Assembly: GCF_963676685.1 (NCBI RefSeq)
Contig: NC_092351.1
Location: forward strand, 31,620,001 to 31,684,000
Length of the DNA stretch: 64,000 bases
Direction of reading: 5' to 3'
Source of the DNA: Mytilus edulis
Lineage: Eukaryota
Shown here: in pieces, positions 54,301 through 64,000 of the stretch
Numbering within the stretch: position 1 is the first letter of the stretch
Layout: every line of letters starts with the position of its first letter
Translations under genes and position numbers: made by a program
The notes under the pieces: generated by a model
What the model was told of the DNA's origin: nothing
The model's database searches: none
What the model saw: the letters and a program-made list of their open reading frames with translations, nothing else

Positions 54301-57300
54301 TAAAAATCGTACTAACAGTGATCCAGGCTTTGTTTTGGTAAGTTTTAACCCACAGATATTCTTCTCTTATACTTGTTTGCATAAGTTGCTCATTTTTGTT
54401 TGAAATCAAGTTTATTGATTTATAACAAAAATGGTTTACTTTTATAAATTGTTATTTGGATGGGAGTTGTCTCATTGGCACTCACACCGCATCTTCCTTT
54501 ATCTATTGTTGAAAATTTATAACAGTTTAAAAATGAATTTGTACTTGCCATCATTGTGATTTTGTGTTTAATTCTAATAAAGACTCCTTTGACCCCCCCC
54601 CCCCCCCCTTTCATATATATCCATAAAAATTCTATATTCTTCACTGAACTGATGAAAGTTGAATGCACATAGAATTTAAAATTAATTCTATTTCATCTTG
54701 GTAGAATTGGAGCAATACAATTTTCTCAGAAAAGCAAATATACTGAGAATGAATAATCAGAAGGTTATGTCAAATCAAATACTGTAAATTTATATATTAT
54801 TGTATGCATTGATCATTGCCTTTTTGAAGAATGGATGAAAATGTGAGATTATTTTATGCAATTTCTGGAAAAACTGCCAACAGATATATATGCATCTGAT
54901 ATCATAATGCAACTTGTTGTGCTTGTTGACGATTTAAAGTCTGACCTTTTCTGAAACCTATTGAAATTGTTTTCTGTTATTTCTTATCAAATATTAAGGA
55001 CTACTTCTATTTTAAGCTTATTTGTAAGTTTACTATGAATCATGAAGATAACTTATTGTATAAGTCAGCTTTTTATACACAGCTCAATAGTGATGATTCA
55101 GCATCAGAAGATGAAGAGGAAGATCAGGATCCAACATCTAAGGAACAGGAAGTCAAATCATTACCACCAGATGGCGTTAGTATCAAATCAGAGGATGTTG
55201 AAAAGCTAGGTCTTGCTGACATGAAAAAGACTAAAGAAGTCAAGGCGCAACAGGTAAGTTTCAAATTTTTAGATGAATTGGACAACTGGTTGTTGGGTTG
55301 GTGCCCCCCAATTGATATTTTTTAAAGAAATTTTGCCGTTTTTGGTTATTATCTTGAGTACTATTATAGATAGAGATAAACTGTAAACAGCATTAATGTT
55401 CGGCAAAGTAAGATCTACAAAAAGGTCAGTTGACCCCTTAAGGAGTTATTGCCCTTTATAATCAATTTTTAACAATTTTCATTAATTTGGTAAATTTTTA
55501 CAAAATGTTTTCCTCTGTAACTAAAGGGCCAAGTTTATTATAGATAGAGAAAATTGTAAGTAGCAAGAATGTTCAGTAAAGTAAGATCTACAAACACATC
55601 ACCATCACCAAAACACAATTTTGTCATGAATCCATCTGTGTCCTTTGTTTAATATGCACATAAACCAAGGTGAGCGACACAGGCTCTTAGAGCCTCTAGT
55701 TGAATCTTATTTTCTCAAAAATACACACACTACATTGTCAAATGCATAAAATAGAGAATGGAAACAAGGAGTGTGTTGGAGAGATATCAACCTACCCATA
55801 GAGCAGGAAACATCTTACAGCCAGCAATGGGTCTTCACAATAGTGAGAAAAATCTGGTATCATATCTTCATTCACTTAAGCTCTATCCCAATTGTAATAT
55901 GTCATTAATATAGGACATGATTATATTTTAGAGTATGGTCCTTAGACTGTTATCATAATTTTTACCAATATTAGGTTGCTCTAGGCTAACAGTATAGTTC
56001 AATATTCATAAGGATAAAGACCTTATTGGGTTTTTTTAGCCTCTGAAAGTCAATAATACAGAAAGAAAACATTAAAGACAGAAAAAGATATACCAATAAA
56101 ATAATATTCTAAAATATTTCAAATTTGTTTTTTTTTAGAATCCCAACTGGAATGAAGACTTTGTGTTTTATACAAGCCCAGAGGATAAATATCTCAATGT
56201 TTGTGTCTGGTGTAGGGTACCACCAAAACTTGATAAACATGAGAAAGTTATTAAACCTGGGAGAGAAACCTTGATAGGGCATGTAAGTAATGGAAAATTT
56301 AGTTGTGACAATTCTGCATGTTTTGAAACTACATGTATTTCTTTCCAGGCTAAAAGCGTTTGTTAAGGAAAACAGAAAAATATATGCTTGCCATAAATGC
56401 GTCAGTACATTTGATGTTACCAAACTGATGAAATGATACTTAAATTTGTAAATATATCGGTTAAAAAAAAAAATATTATCTGAAAATTTATTTCTAGTAT
56501 TGATTACTTTTCTTAAAAATTTCAAATTGAGACAATTTAAAGCAGTTTTCATTTGTAATCATTCTCAATTTTGCTATCTTTCTTTTTAAAACACAGAAAT
56601 AAACCTCTCTGATGATGATAACAAATTTTATACAGATAAAAGGTTAAGAGCAACATTTGTGGACAACAATTAAACCAAGTCAACAAAGTCAGCATCTCAC
56701 CAATATAAGTATGAAGTGTACATAAAAAAAAAAGCCAATATTTTTTGTTATTGTTGTTTAGTCGGTTCGTTAAGGATCAAAAAGAATATGCATAGAGAAT
56801 GAAACGACATTAATGAGTTTTTATAAGCTATTATTTCAACAATAAAAAAAATAATGATGCATGTGTAAAGTTTTTTTTCTCTTTTTTTGACAGATCAGTT
56901 TGCCATTAGCAGATATATCATTGGATTGTTTATTGACAATTCAGAGAGATTCACAAAGATGTGTTAACTTAGTTCCACCAGAAAATATAGCTGGGGTTAG
57001 GTAAGTTAAAAATTACTCAGAATTTGACTTTTACCAAATTCAAATTTTTCATCATGTCATTCTTTGACAAAGCAGAATTCATGATTATATCTCATTTTAT
57101 CTTAAATTCTAGAGTAAGTTGATATTGACCATTCTATTTGTAGACTGTGAGATGGAATTGAAAGTAGATTTTGGTTGCTATTGGAGTAGAAAGCTGGATG
57201 TTAGCTGAAGTTTTTCCTTTTGCAAGATATTCACTTTGTCTTTGATTTTTTTTTGGCCAAAGTTACTTTTAAATCATATTGAATATGGTACCGGTTATAA

Positions 57301-60300
57301 AAGCACTTATAGTTATCATTCTTTAACCCCCTCCTCCTGGCGTCTGTCTTTCCATCTGTCTGTCTGGTCTTGTTATCCTTCAGATTTTCAAGAAACTTAT
57401 ATCATAGGTTTAAATCAGCAATGTCTTGTACTAGTTGGAAAATCAGTGCCAATCAATTATTTTTGAAAGAGTTAAGCCCCTTGGAAAAATAAAAAAATAA
57501 ATTTTATGGAGAATTGCATTATAAGCATCATCATATGTACAATTCTTGCCAAATTTGTACGAAACCTTAATCACAGGTTTATTTAAGTAATGTCATTGAC
57601 AAAGTTGAAATTCTATGCCATTTAATCATTTTTAAAAGAGTTATGTTCCTTGGTTATATTGGTGAAATGGTGAAATGACATTGTAAAATAATTTGGGTCA
57701 TGAATTCTATAGTAAAGTAGTGATTTGGTTCAGCTGATAAAGGTTAAAAATTAGCATTTCGGAAGCTGTCAAAAGATTTCAAGACCCCGTTCACTTAAAA
57801 ATGTCCATATTTTGAGTTACAGTCGATGAAGTTTCTATAATTTTAATATAATTTGTCAAAAAAGTAGTACAACACACTGTAAAAATATTATTGAGAAAGC
57901 ACAGGTGGAATTTTTTTTATTTTCATTTATTGTTTAAAAGAAATGCACTATGAAATAACCATGTACTTGGACCAGATAGAAAATTGCAATGTTAACTCTC
58001 TCAGTCTCATGTGTTCAATTCTTGCTAGAATTTTATGAAACTTGTATCATAGGTTTATATCAGCAATGTCTGACACTTTTGAAAATAAATTCTGATCAAA
58101 TATTTTTAATGTGTTATGCCCTTGGAAATATAAATTATAATAAAAATCACATTGCATATTGTCTGAAGCCTTTAATTTATTTCTCATAATATATTAACAA
58201 AAAAAATAAAGAACATAAAAAATAGTGTTTATTTATTGCCCATGTATCTTGGATAAATAAATTATGTGTTTTACTATGAAATATCTTTTTTTTTCTACAG
58301 TCGAACAAAGTTCCAGGAGTATATGAGCCATCAAGGATTTGATCACAGAATGTGTCATGGTGATATCACCCTAGGGTTTAAGTATGGATCAAGTCAGTCA
58401 GGTGATACAGAGAGGAGAGTTCCTGAAGTCAAGGTCATATCAGACAAGGAGAGTTCTGAAGAGTTTGTTTCCTTACCAGATTCATTATTGTTGGGACAAA
58501 AAAGCAGGTACTTGATGCTTTCAATTAGTGAATATCATTTAAACAAATTTTGATGCCCAATTCATGGGCATTATGTTTTCTGGGCTGTGGGTCTGTCTCT
58601 TCGTTTGATCGTTCGTTCATCCGTCTGTCCAGCTTCAGGTTAAAGTTTTTGGTCAAGGTAGTTTTTGATGAAGTTGAAGTCCAATTAACTTGAAACTTAG
58701 TACACATGTTCCTTTGATCTTTGTAATTTTAATGCCAAATTAGAGATTTTACCCCATTTTCAAGGTCCACTGAACATAGAAAATGATCATGCAGATGGGG
58801 CATCCATGTACTTAGGACATATTCTTGTTCATAATACATTTCCTTAGACTTCAAGGTCAAAGCCATAATTTGACCGGGTTTGACTGACAAAAATTGTTCG
58901 GAGATATTGCATACCTAATTTCCTTATGATATGATGCATATCTATGTCTGAATTTAAAGATGAAAAAAAGAGAGAAAACTAGTTTAAAAAGAGATAATTA
59001 GTCCCAAATAGAAAACAAAATTTTTGTACAATAATGTAAAATAAATATATTTCAGATTAGAGATTGGTAAACATGACTTTACAGCTACCCAGTTTACTTC
59101 AGCTACTTACTGCCATTTCTGTGGGAAAAAGGTTGGTGTATAGAAAATAAACAAAAAGACCTTCAGAAATGAAATAAAGCTCAAACACTGATCAAACAAC
59201 CAAAATACTCTTAAAAAGCAGAAATGTGAAATTAGATTTTGCATTCAGAGAAAAAATTGTTTACAAAAACTGTATTATTTAGTGTTTGCACACTTTGGTA
59301 TGAACAACGTATTTGAGGGTTTAAAATTAAATATGAATAATACTATGAAATTAATTTCATACAAAATGTTTTTCCATACACAAAATACACTTTGTGTCAG
59401 CATATAGGAAAAATTTCTAACTTTAGTTTTCCTCAAACAAATGTTATGAAACTTATACACAATGCTTATTATCATAAAACATAGATGGAGTTTGAATTTT
59501 GGTGGTGTCAATTTTATCGTCTAGAGTTATGCCCCTTTACCAATTGAAAAATTCAGGAATTTTTCTTTTCTGTTTTCTAACTTTAGTTTTCCTCAACCAA
59601 ATGTTATGAAACTTATACACAATACTTCTTACCATAAACCATAGATCAATTTAGAATTTTGATGGCGTCACTTATACTGTTCTAGAGTAATGCTCCTTTA
59701 CAAATGGAAAATTTGTTGAAATTTTTATGCAGTTAAGCTGCATTATGCGAGCACCCTAGATTTCTGTTCTACCCAATAAATGCTGAAATACTTGCCATTG
59801 TTATTATTTAGCTCGCTACTATGTTATATATAACTAATTGAACACTTTTTTAATACTTTTTATTCTGGATTACAAAAAATATGACCAGAAAAAGCCTTAA
59901 ATGATCGTCGATTTATCCAAAAGTTTTGAAGTTACACATAGGAAGTAGTGCTTATTAATAATCCTTGTGTAGTTCATTATGACTTGTGCTTTTAGCTAAG
60001 ATGTCAAAGAACAATTGTATGAAATATTTAATCGCCGAAAATCTCTTAAGACAAGTAGTTTAGATTTCCCAAATGGAAAAAGTCGTAGGAATATTGTTTG
60101 TCATCAATACGTAGTATAACTACGTCAGTAGTCTATTATATAATAAGTTGTTCATGCTGTTGGCGGCAATTTCAAATTAGAAAAAGAAATTTTCGTAGCT
60201 TTTCAATTTGGAGGCAGGTGTGCAAATTAGCGGTGGTCCGAGGTCCGCGACCTTCCACTTTTGCAAGCGGAATTTCGACTAGGATAGTTGGTTTCTAGCT

Positions 60301-63300
60301 ACGCCCGACGTAGTCACCTTCCACTTGAAAGAAAATAAGAAATTACTTTGCAAACCTTCCATGCAAGTCACCAAAGTCTCCAATCAAACGAGCTAAAAAC
60401 TTATTTTTATCATTATTATTCATGACAGCGATGTTCATTTTGTTCAACCGCTAGCTTTATACAGAAAATCGCCGACAAATATTGTAAAAATTCGAGTAAA
60501 ATCGTATCTGATTGACAAAAACAACATTCTAAACACATAACAATGGCGGCCGTGAAAACAAAATTTTACAATATCGGATCCGATTCCGGAAGCGGATAAG
60601 GATAATTGCGGGTTTGGCGATCAATTACAATTCAATTACAAAATAAATCAAAGCAGGTGAAAAAATAAATGTATGCATGGTAAATGAATATAAACACTAG
60701 AATTGTAAACCAAAAGATATATGTAAAAGAAAAAAAAGCAGAAAAATATTTTATACAGAAACTCAGTTACTTTTTGACAAATTTTAATTTAAAAATCCAT
60801 TACAGCGTGCCAGCTGGGAACAGTATATCTAACAATATACATGTTCATGGTCACAGTCTAAATTTTTTTTATCAGTGATAAATGATGATAATGCATGTGA
60901 GATGCTTTTAAAGTGTAGACATATTACTGCAATTTCGAAGGGTCAATTAAAGTAGCTGAAAGTTTCTTTCTTTATTTTCACAAATAATGCAACTATATTA
61001 TATATACCTAAATGTAAGTAAATCATATGATATATAGGTGGCATTCTTTGGGCCACTCTATTCCCTTCTGTTTGATATCTTGGAAACGGTCGAGCTCCCA
61101 ACCCCTAAACCATATGAGGGGCAAGATCCAGGATTTTAGGTTAGGAGAGGCGCAAAGTTAAATTTTCGCCCAGCAGAGCGAGGCTACACAAAATTGGAGG
61201 TAAAATTATCAGAATATTCTTTATTAAGCTGAGAACAACCCATGCTTTGCAAATTTTAGGGGGGTGCACGCCCGTAACACCCCCCCCCCCCTGAATCCGC
61301 CCCTGCATATATTCAAGTATAGGACAATATAATAAATAAAATGAAATATAGGGGGGAGTCCCTGGAGCTACCCCACCCCCTCCTGTTTGAGAACTTGGAA
61401 ACGGTCGAGATCCACACCCCTTAACCATATATATTCATGTTTGTGACAATATGAAAAATCAAATGAAATATAGGAAGAGTCGCTGGGGGTCACCCCACCC
61501 TTCCTGTTTTAGAATTTAAAAATGGTCCAGATCCCCACCTCTAAACCATATATATTCATGTATGGGACAATATAACAAATCAGATGAAATATAGGGGGAG
61601 TCCCTTGGGTCACCCCACCCCCTCCTGTTTGGGAATTTGAAACCCGTTAAGATCGCCACCCCTTAACCATATATTTATGTACGGGACAATATAACAATTC
61701 AAATGAAAGATAGGGGGAGTCCCTGAGGTCACCCTACCCCCAGTGGCGGATCCAGAAATTTTCATAAGTGGGGGCCCGCTGACTGACCTAGGAGTCACGC
61801 TTCAGTGATTCCCAATATAAGCAACCAATTTTTTCTCCAAAAAATTGGGGGTGGGCCCCCTGCCACCCTAAATCCTCTGCCTACCCCTACCTGTTTGAGA
61901 ACTTGAAAACCGTTGAGATCCCCACCCCTAAATTATATATGTATGGGACAAAATAACAAATCATTTACATTTACTATGGGCAGGTCAGTCAGACCTCACC
62001 TTTGGTCCCTGTTGTAGTGAACATTTGTCTGATTCGTGTCTCATACCTTTTGTACTATAGAACACAAACTCAGTTTTCTTTCCAGGGAAACCAGTCTATT
62101 CATACTATTACATGTTCATACTAAGTCAACTTGAACTTCTAGCAGTCAAATAAAACCAAGGTTAACTACCAAGTAGAACAACTGCAATCATTGGGAACTT
62201 GTACCACTGCAGACTCGCCATAAAAAAATATACATTGATATATGCATTGCTTTTGAAACCTTGATAACATATAAATTATTTGCCTTAATAAATAAATCAT
62301 TAGATAAACATGAATGTTTAATGTTGAGGCAACATTGCCACAGTTTTCATAATTATGGTTGCCTTGGTTTTTGGTTAACTGCCTTCAGCGCTTACAGCGC
62401 TTTGATTGTTTCTGTTCTCTATCTCAAGTTTGCCTCAATCAAATGTTATAAAACTTATACACAATGCTTATTACCACAAAACACAGGTCAAGTTTGAATT
62501 TTGGTGGTGTCCCTTCAACTTTTCTAGAATTCTGCTCCTTTACAAATTGAAAAATTCCTGAAATATATGTTTCTGGTCTCTAACTTTAGTTTGCCTCACC
62601 CAAATGTAATAAAACTTATGCACTATGAGTAATACAATAAAATTACGATCAAGTATAAATTTGGATAGCGTCTTTTACAGTTCTTGAGTTATATCCCTTT
62701 ATAACTTTTTATGCAAGTGGGGGCATCATCTGTGTCCCATGGACACATTCCCCATTTATTTCGTTTTATTTCGACTCCTTACGTATAGTAATAAACTTGC
62801 ATCTATAGAAGATATTTTTAATTTATTCTGGTTGATAGTAAATATCAGCGGCACAACAAAATGTCATTAAAGGTCAATTATTGTATGAATTGTATGAACA
62901 ATCATTTTGTTTATGCCTAAGATAACTTTTTGATTTGAATTACCAGATGCATGTTGGTCTGTTTTATGAACCAACAACTTGATTTCAGATAAGTTATGAA
63001 ATCCAGACAATTTAAGATTGGATTTAGAACACCATATGATATAAATATAACATGCATTTATATAGTATATTAGCAAAAATATAATGACATATTTGTTGTA
63101 AAAAAAGTTTGGATTTATGGATTTCATATTTTTAAAAAGCTTAGAAATAGGTAAAACAGTAGTGTTTAAGGACACTGGGCACAAATTAACACATTTATTA
63201 TGCTAATAATTCATTTTTGCTGAAAAAATATTATTTCAATATTTTCAGATATGGTTGAAAGATGCATTCCTGTGTTGTATGTGTTCAATGATTTGTCATA

Positions 63301-63343
63301 AGAAATGTGTAGTCAGATGTCAGACACAGACACTCTGTACAAA
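42348..63343 (+). CDS. PDZD8: PDZ domain-containing protein 8 (ER membrane-contact-site lipid transfer protein; TM-SMP-PDZ-C2-C1), 3' end beyond the window
   Basis: Phase-consistent exons 42348-42497 (TM), 44883-45001, 45580-45658, 47229-47318, 48145-48321 (SMP: LDYTGGFQLAI..RLQFTRNPYTHWSFTFYE), 49060-49140, 49541-49754 (KRHTLPHYKMRYKPFF), 50482-50678, 52448-52530 (PDZ), 53406-53460, 53870-54337, 55083-55253, 56139-56282 (C2: KYLNVCVW), 56894-57000, 58301-58507, 59056-59131 and 63249-63343 (C1: HDFTATQFTSATYCHFCGKKIWLKDAFLCCMCSMICHKKCVVRC). Confidence 0.93.
42674..43936. mobile_element. Non-autonomous DNA transposon (hAT-like termini) in PDZD8 intron 1
   Basis: Perfect 16-bp TIR CAGAGCTCCAGATAAG, flanking duplication ATATTT, repeated subterminal AACCCAAT motifs. 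Confidence 0.8.
44371..44442 (-). pseudogene. tRNA-Thr(TGT)-like sequence within the TRIM 3' LTR
   Basis: Box A TAGCTCAGTCGG, loop CTTGTAA, box B GGTTCGAGTCC. Acceptor and anticodon stems pair poorly. Confidence 0.7.
44674..44745 (-). pseudogene. tRNA-Thr(TGT)-like sequence within the TRIM 5' LTR
   Basis: Second copy of the above, with box A and box B (AGTTCGAGTCC). Confidence 0.7.
45683..46687 (+). mobile_element. HINE with about four ~163-bp internal tandem repeats, in PDZD8 intron 3
   Basis: tttttatacgctcgtcaaaattttgacgggacgtat subterminal inverted repeat, GTCC/GTCT microsatellite, 3' hairpin tgcgctcatggcgca then gctgttt. Confidence 0.8.
50178..50387. mobile_element. TA-flanked MITE (degenerate)
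   Basis: TA-CTGTGGATGCATT ... CATGAATCAACAA-TA. Confidence 0.55.
50965..51173. mobile_element. TA-flanked Tc1/mariner-like MITE
   Basis: TA-[CTGTAAATTCAGAAATT ... AATTTCTGAATTTACAG]-TA. Confidence 0.8.
51236..52154 (+). repeat. 34-bp minisatellite, about 27 copies, in a PDZD8 intron
   Basis: Unit TTATTATACAAGGCTTTGTATGCCCCACTTAGGG, head-to-tail with no spacers. Confidence 0.97.
53056..53164. mobile_element. Short palindromic MITE
   Basis: GGAGTCGGTTTTACAAGAAAAACTT ... AAGTTTTTTGGTGAAACTGACTCC. Confidence 0.6.
55290..55701 (+). mobile_element. 3' part of a HINE
   Basis: Two diverged internal units, 3' hairpin aggctcttagagcct and ctagtt terminus. Confidence 0.6.
58548..58829 (+). mobile_element. 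HINE, same family as 9859-10170
   Basis: Near-identical body (cttcaggttaaagtttttggtc...ccactgaacatagaaaatgat...attcttgtt). Confidence 0.8.
59410..62760 (+). mobile_element. HINE with ~160-bp units, split by about 2.7 kb of nested insertions
   Basis: Units ctaactttagttt.cctcaa.caaatgttat.aaacttatacacaat at ~59417, 59577, 62420 and 62580. 3' end ggggcatcatctgtgtcccatggacaca. Confidence 0.6.
61030..61962 (+). repeat. ~120-bp tandem repeat (about 5 units) carrying two hAT-like MITE insertions (~61116-61305 and 61741-61879)
   Basis: Unit gaaatataggggggagtccctgggggtcaccccaccccctcctgtttgagaacttggaaacgg...aaccatatatattcatgtatgggacaat. The MITE at 61741 (CAGTGGCGGATCC) has the 8-bp TSD CCTACCCC. Confidence 0.8.
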
Positions 63344-64000
63344 GTAGGTGTAATTCAATGATTTGTCATAAGAAATGTGTAGTCAGATGTCAGACACAGA
63401 CACTCTGTACAAAGTAGGTGTAATTCAATGATTTGTCATAAGAAATGTGTAGTCAGATATCAGACACAGACACTCTGTACAAAGTAGGTGTAATTCAATG
63501 ATTATTCATAAGAAATGTGTAGTCAGATGTCAGACACAGACACTCTGTACAAAGTAGGTGTAATTCAATGATTAGTCATAAGAAATGTGTAGTCAGATGT
63601 CAGACACAGACACTCTGTACAAAGTAGGTGTAATTCAATGATTATCCATAAGAAATGTGTAGTCAGATGTCAGACACAGACACTCTGTACAAAGTAGGTG
63701 TAATTCAATGATTTGTCATAAGAAATGTGTAGTCAGATGTCAGACACAGACACTTTGTACAAAGTAGGTGTAATTCAATGATTTGTCATAAGGAATGTGT
63801 TGTCAGATGTCAGACACAGACACTCTGTACAAAGTAGGTGTAATTCAATGATTTGTCATAAGAAATGTGTTGTCAGATGTCAGACACAGACACTCTGTAC
63901 AAAGTAGGTGTAATTCAATGATTTGTCATAAGAAATGTGTAGTCAGATGTCAGACACAGACACTCTGTACAAAGTAGGTGTAATTGAATGATTAGTCATA
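63284..64000 (+). repeat. 70-bp tandem array made from the 3' end of a PDZD8 coding exon plus its splice donor (at least 10 copies, continues past the window)
   Basis: Unit TTCAATGATTTGTCATAAGAAATGTGTAGTCAGATGTCAGACACAGACACTCTGTACAAA|GTAGGTGTAA. Confidence 0.97.

Noticed and set aside
59730-60940. CpG-richer insert with AATGGCG motif, possibly a promoter or transposon
   Set aside because: I could not identify TIRs, a TSD or a recognisable ORF. It is probably a transposon remnant and is left unclassified.
63344-64000. Repeat units as a cassette of extra exons
   Set aside because: Units have donors but no polypyrimidine tract or credible acceptor, and spacing is too short for introns.

Overview
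AT-rich, intron-rich animal genomic DNA. Gene content and repeat families point to a bivalve mollusc, probably Mytilus-like (inference, no search run). I rebuilt five spliced genes by hand from GT-AG junctions with consistent phase: (1) a TNF-receptor-superfamily death receptor (+, 5' end unresolved); (2, 3) two tandem secreted fibrinogen-related proteins (FREPs) with identical 6-exon structure and an atypical ligand-binding subdomain; (4) a WSCD-like type II membrane sulfotransferase without WSC domains (-); (5) PDZD8 (+, 17 exons visible, running off the right edge). Introns and intergenic DNA hold many Helentron-type non-autonomous elements, MITEs, LINE fragments and satellites. The best find is a complete 486-bp non-autonomous LTR retrotransposon (TRIM) at 44333-44818 in PDZD8 intron 1. 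It has 183-bp TG..CA LTRs, a tRNA-Lys primer-binding site (PBS), a polypurine tract (PPT) and a 4-bp target-site duplication (TSD), and each LTR carries a tRNA-Thr-like Pol III promoter and a 28-bp palindrome (Cassandra/Helenus-type design). Also notable are a 70-bp tandem array that amplifies a PDZD8 exon end plus its splice donor at least 10 times, and a nested satellite/LINE/IS3EU-like complex between the FREP genes. Most ORFs in the supplied track are spurious or single exons.
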